Made by a program: the position numbers and the translations under genes. From Candidatus Fimenecus sp. (GTDB taxonomy: Bacteria; Bacillota; Clostridia; Oscillospirales; Acutalibacteraceae), in contig JAZLET010000022.1 in NCBI GenBank assembly GCA_045615405.1, positions 1-41,065 of the forward strand: a stretch of 41,065 bases of DNA, read 5' to 3'. The notes below the pieces were generated by a model. That model was not told where the DNA came from, did no database searches, and saw only the letters and a program-made list of their open reading frames with translations. Below, one piece after another: positions 37,275-41,065 of this stretch. Each line of letters starts with the position of its first letter. The stretch's first letter is position 1.

Positions 37275-38675
37275 ATGGAAAAATATGATGTATTGGTAGT
37301 AGGTGCATCAACAACTGGCTGTTGGTTTGCACATAAAATGGCTAAGAAAGGATTTAAAGTTCTTGTAATTGAAAAACAATTGCCTGAAAATGTTTCAAGG
37401 GAATATGATGTATTCCATATGGGCGAAGATGATATGATTAAGTTTGACCTTGAAATTCCTGAGGAAGACAACCCTATACGCGAATTTCGTTTTTCACATT
37501 CAACAATGGTTTCACCATATGGTAAACATCCAAAAGCTTGTGCTGAAGCTCCTGTTATTGGCTTACATAAACACGACTATATAATGGCTATGGCTGAACG
37601 TGCACAAAAGGCTGGTGCTGAAATTATTTATGGTGCATCATTTACTGATTTTATTTATGAAAAAGATAAAATCGTAGGTGCTACATATAAGACTGAAAAC
37701 GGTGAATGTGAAGCGTATACGCGAATAGTTGCTGATTGCTCAGGTATTCCTGCTGTTGCTCGTACTAAACTTCCTGATGATTCAGTTGTAGGTAACTTTA
37801 AACTTACAAATAAAGATATTCTTTACGTTGTGCTTTATTATGCTGAGTATCTTAAAAATGACTTTAATCCTCGTGATTTAGATGGCTTCTTTATGCAGTA
37901 TAAATCTTGGTCCGCACCATCTGATAACCCTAACGGCGCAATTCTTGGTATTGGTGCATTTTATGGCTATGATTATGCTGAAGAAATATTTAAAGAAGAC
38001 TTTATGAAAAATGTTAAATTCCCCGAATATAAAGTTGAAAGAATTGAAAAGGGTATGACACCATATCATATCTCAGTTTATTCGTTGGTTGATGATGGAT
38101 TTATCGCGCTTGGCGATGCTGCGTGTCATACTAAACCTACCTGTGGTGAGGGTTGCACATCTTCACTTGTTGCAGGGGAAATTGCCGTTGAAGTTATTTC
38201 TAATCTTTTGAAATCCGACAAATACTTAACAAAAGAAAGAATGTGGAGTATTAACAAGCGTTATATGGCTGCACAAGGTAAGGATTTTGACTCAATGCGT
38301 CCTACACTTATGGGCGTTATTTCAATGGATTACGACGAAGCTGAATATCTTTTTGCTAATGATATTATCTTTAGCGAAAAAATTCTTGGTGGTATGGATA
38401 CAGGTCTTAATCTTTCAAATAAAGATATTGCCGACATTGTTAAAGGCATAGTAGGTGGTATCGCAAAGGGTAAAATTAAACCTTCAACTATTGGTAAACT
38501 TCTTAAAGGTCTTAGTTATAGTGATAAGGTTACAAAATTGTATGATGCTTATCCTGAGCAATACGAAGATTTCAAAGATTGGAAAGCAAAAGCAGATAAG
38601 CTTTGGAATGAAATTGGCTCAGTTGCTACTAACACTTGTGACCCTAAAATTCTTAAAAAATTAGGATATGAATAA
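37275..38675 (+). CDS. FAD-dependent oxidoreductase (geranylgeranyl-reductase-like flavoprotein)
   Basis: Rossmann motif YDVLVVGASTTG ... VLVIEK, ADCSG, and LGDAA followed by GEG. The substrate is unknown. Confidence 0.6.
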   Translation: MEKYDVLVVGASTTGCWFAHKMAKKGFKVLVIEKQLPENVSREYDVFHMGEDDMIKFDLEIPEEDNPIREFRFSHSTMVSPYGKHPKACAEAPVIGLHKHDYIMAMAERAQKAGAEIIYGASFTDFIYEKDKIVGATYKTENGECEAYTRIVADCSGIPAVARTKLPDDSVVGNFKLTNKDILYVVLYYAEYLKNDFNPRDLDGFFMQYKSWSAPSDNPNGAILGIGAFYGYDYAEEIFKEDFMKNVKFPEYKVERIEKGMTPYHISVYSLVDDGFIALGDAACHTKPTCGEGCTSSLVAGEIAVEVISNLLKSDKYLTKERMWSINKRYMAAQGKDFDSMRPTLMGVISMDYDEAEYLFANDIIFSEKILGGMDTGLNLSNKDIADIVKGIVGGIAKGKIKPSTIGKLLKGLSYSDKVTKLYDAYPEQYEDFKDWKAKADKLWNEIGSVATNTCDPKILKKLGYE

Positions 38676-38679
38676 TAAA

Positions 38680-38700
38680 AAGCAGGCTTTATGCCTGCTT
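38680..38700. terminator. bidirectional terminator hairpin overlapping the 3' end of the minus-strand phosphatase gene
   Basis: AAGCAGGC/GCCTGCTT stem flanked by AAAAA and TTTTTT. Confidence 0.7.
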
Positions 38701-39147
38701 TTTTATATATTCAAACAATTTTGAGCAACCAAGTAAAACGTCATTATATGTTGTAGTAAAATCCCTTGTGTACCAAGGGTCGGCAACATCACGGTCAATA
38801 TACGCAAAACTCAATAACTTGTGTATTTTGTTATCTTTATCATAACCGATAATTCTATTTATGTTTCGCATATTTGCACTGTCCATTCCAATTATGAAAT
38901 CATATTTATCATAGTCGGATTTAGTTAGTTGTACTGCTTGTCTTTTGGTATAGGGAATACCCATTTCATCAAGTATTTTCTTTGTACCCCAATGAGTGTC
39001 ATTACCGATTTCTTCAGTGCTTGTGGCACTAGAACAAATAAGAAACTCATTTTCGCACCCATTTTTCTTAACAATATCTTTCATCACAAATTCAGCCATA
39101 GTTGAACGACAAATATTGCCGTGGCATACAAACATAATTTTAATCAT
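38689..39147 (-). CDS. low-molecular-weight protein-tyrosine/arsenate-type phosphatase
   Basis: CX5R(S) P-loop VCHGNICRST at the N-terminus and a DP motif near the C-terminus, 152 aa. Confidence 0.85.
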   Translation of the reverse strand: MIKIMFVCHGNICRSTMAEFVMKDIVKKNGCENEFLICSSATSTEEIGNDTHWGTKKILDEMGIPYTKRQAVQLTKSDYDKYDFIIGMDSANMRNINRIIGYDKDNKIHKLLSFAYIDRDVADPWYTRDFTTTYNDVLLGCSKLFEYIKKQA

Positions 39148-39180
39148 ATTATCACCAAAAATAAATATACCATAATTATT

Positions 39181-39209
39181 GAATATTTCAACCCTCTATT
39201 TCATATTTA
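39181..39209 (+). promoter_or_regulatory. candidate sigma-E-type sporulation promoter for spoIIID
   Basis: GAATATT (39181-39187), 14 nt, CATATTTA (39202-39209). This resembles the Bacillus sigma-E consensus ATATT-N14-CATACA-T. Confidence 0.35.
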
Positions 39210-39234
39210 TTTATGAACAAAGGAGGGCTTTATT

Positions 39235-39486
39235 TTGAGTATTTTAGTTGAAGAAAGAGCTGCAATGTTAGGTGAATATATAGTTGAAAATAAAACTACA
39301 GTCCGCGCTACTGCAAAAGCGTTTGGAATAAGTAAAATTACAGTACATATGGATGTTGCTCAACGCCTTAAAAGATACGACCCCAATCTATATTTTCAAG
39401 TAAAAAAGGTGCTAGAAATTAACAAGGCTGAAAGACATATAAGAGGTGGGCTTGCAACTAAAGAAAAATATCTTAACCAAAAATGA
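39235..39486 (+). CDS. spoIIID: stage III sporulation transcription factor SpoIIID
   Basis: 83 aa. The HTH TVRATAKAFGISKITVHMDV and C-terminal RHIRGGLATKEKY closely parallel B. subtilis SpoIIID. TTG start follows AAAGGAGGG. Confidence 0.9.
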   Translation: MSILVEERAAMLGEYIVENKTTVRATAKAFGISKITVHMDVAQRLKRYDPNLYFQVKKVLEINKAERHIRGGLATKEKYLNQK

Positions 39487-39515
39487 AATTATATAGAGAT
39501 TTTTCCATAAATCAC

Positions 39516-39543
39516 TTGAAATTTGACTATATTAGTGTATAAT
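39516..39543 (+). promoter_or_regulatory. sigma-A-type promoter for ileS
   Basis: TTGAAA (39516-39521), 16-nt spacer, TATAAT (39538-39543). This leaves a leader of only about 40 nt. Confidence 0.5.
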
Positions 39544-39591
39544 ATTATTCGTTAAAATGTGTACATATACACTTGAAAGGTGGACAATATA

Positions 39592-41065
39592 GTGGCAGAC
39601 GAGAAAAATCTCTTTGTTGACCTTGAGCATCAGGTCATGAAGCTTTGGGAAGAAGAGAAATATTACGACAAACTTGTTGAAAAAAATAAGGGTAAGCAAA
39701 TGTTCCGTTTCCTTGACGGTCCTATTACTGCAAACAACCCAATGGGTATTCACCATGCTTGGGGTAGAAGTACAAAAGATACTTTTATTCGCTATAAGTC
39801 AATGCGTGGTTATGATTGCCGTCGTCAAAATGGTTTTGACTCACAAGGTCTTTGGGTTGAGGTTGAAGTTGAAAAGCAACTTGGCTTTAAAACAAAAAAA
39901 GACATTGAAAATTATGGTATGGACAAGTTTACACGTCAATGTGTTGACCGTGTAAAACACTATTCAGGTATTATTACTGAGCAGTCAAAGAGACTCGGTA
40001 TGTGGATGGATTGGGATAATTCATACTACACAAATACTGACCTTAATATTCAGGGTATTTGGCATTTCTTAAAGGAATGTGATAATCATGGTTGGATTCA
40101 ACGTGAATATAAGCCAATGCCTTGGTGCCCTCGTTGTGGTACATCACTTTCTGAGCATGAAATGACAGGCTCATACAAAATGATGACTCATAACTCAGTT
40201 TTCTTCAAGCTTCCTATTGAAGAGCTTAATTCAAAAATCCTTGTTTGGACAACTACTCCTTGGACTCTTTCTTCAAACGTAGCGCTTGCAGTTAATCCTG
40301 ATATTGACTATGTTGAAGTAAAAATTAAGAGTGATGACCAAACATTAATTCTTGCTAAGAATGCTATTAAGTATCTTGGCGATGATAAACTTGAAGTAAT
40401 TCGTGCACTTAAGGGCGAAGAGCTTGTTGGTCTTCACTACGAAACTTGTTTTGCTGATATTCCTGCGCAACAAGGCTTTGAACACAAAATTGTTGCATGG
40501 GAAGATGTTGCAGCTGATGAAGGTACAGGCGTTGTTCACATTGCTCCAGGCTGCGGTATTGAAGACTTTGAACTCGGTGAGAGAATTGGTCTTCCAAAGG
40601 TTATGCCTATTGATGATATGGGTATTTATCTTGAAGGCTTTGGCTTTATGACTGGTAAAGACAGCCATACAATTGCTGATGAGGTTTTTGAAAAACTCCA
40701 AGAGCAAAATAAACTTTATAAAGTTGAACCACACGAGCATAGCTATCCAATTTGCTGGAGATGTAAGAGTGAAATCGTTTTCCGTCTTGTTCCTGCTTGG
40801 TACATTAAGACAAGTGAAATCAAGCCTAAACTTATTGAATGTGCAAATTCAGTTAAATGGGAGCCTGCTTGAAATGGTAACCGTATGAATGACTGGCTCA
40901 CAAATATGGGTGACTGGAACATTTCTCGTAAGAGATATTATGGTATCCCACTTCCTTTCTATCCATGTAGCTGTGGTCATATGACAGTTATTGGTTCAAA
41001 GGATGAACTACGCGAGAAGGCTGTTGATCCTGCACAGGTTGATGCTCTTGCTGAACTTCACAGTC
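39592..41065 (+). CDS. ileS: isoleucyl-tRNA synthetase-like class Ia aaRS, 3'-partial at window end, interrupted by one in-frame TGA at 40870-40872
   Basis: GPITANN ... HH (PPTANG-like HIGH region), WCPRCGTSLSEHE editing-domain zinc motif, and DWNISRKRYYGIPLP after the TGA in the same frame. GTG 39592 follows AAAGGTGG. Assignment to IleRS rather than ValRS rests on motif memory only. Confidence 0.65.

Noticed and set aside
40870-40930. Selenocysteine insertion at the ileS TGA
   Set aside because: I can see no stable SECIS-like hairpin in the 40-50 nt downstream. The aligned position is a conserved Trp rather than a Cys or redox site, and aaRS enzymes are not known selenoproteins.
1-41065. 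Genome-wide TGA reassignment (code 4 Trp or code 25 Gly) as the explanation for the ileS in-frame TGA
   Set aside because: All long conserved genes (dnaE at 1144 aa, lon, clpX, thrC and others) are uninterrupted under the standard code. Eight genes terminate at TGA at their expected lengths, namely the second SPase, the DMT transporter, the LCP-like gene, the TGase-like gene, folE, folB, dnaE and spoIIID. Three of these are in classical ATGA stop/start overlaps.
1-41065. Mobile elements, CRISPR arrays, tRNA/rRNA genes, riboswitches, or defence or toxin-antitoxin modules
   Set aside because: No intergenic region exceeds about 260 bp, and those present are AT-rich promoter and terminator DNA. 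There are no repeat-spacer periodicity, no transposase, integrase or recombinase motifs, and no cloverleaf-like sequences.

Overview
This window is a gene-dense, low-GC, mostly plus-strand chromosomal segment from a spore-forming Firmicute, probably Clostridia. SpoIVB, SpoIIID, HprK, WhiA, DnaE and UPF0210 are all recognisable. Nearly everything is housekeeping. In order: hprK-murB-rapZ-whiA, two signal peptidases, rbgA-rnhB-yraN, thrC, tig-clpP-clpX, a roughly 10 kb block, lon-engB-lysA-dnaE, pfkA-aroK, spoIVB, a UPF0237/UPF0210 pair, PHP phosphatase-ispE-flavoprotein, an LMW phosphatase, spoIIID, and the 5' two-thirds of ileS. The 10 kb block holds a DMT transporter, a priming sugar transferase, an LCP-like and a transglutaminase-like protein, folEPBK, an exonuclease, and serC-serA. 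I found no rRNA or tRNA genes, CRISPR arrays, transposases, integrases, or recognisable defence or toxin modules, so I cannot support a claim of a novel multi-gene system here. The strongest anomaly is a single in-frame TGA in the ileS-like synthetase gene. It lies where I recall a conserved Trp codon, while TGA clearly works as a stop elsewhere in the window. Secondary observations are a duplicated Lys/Pro/Ala-rich tail on trigger factor, folate genes apparently co-transcribed with envelope proteins, broken tig-clpPX/lon synteny, rapZ next to whiA without yvcK, and an ileS with no room for a T-box leader. All product calls come from motif recognition in the supplied translations, and no database search was possible.
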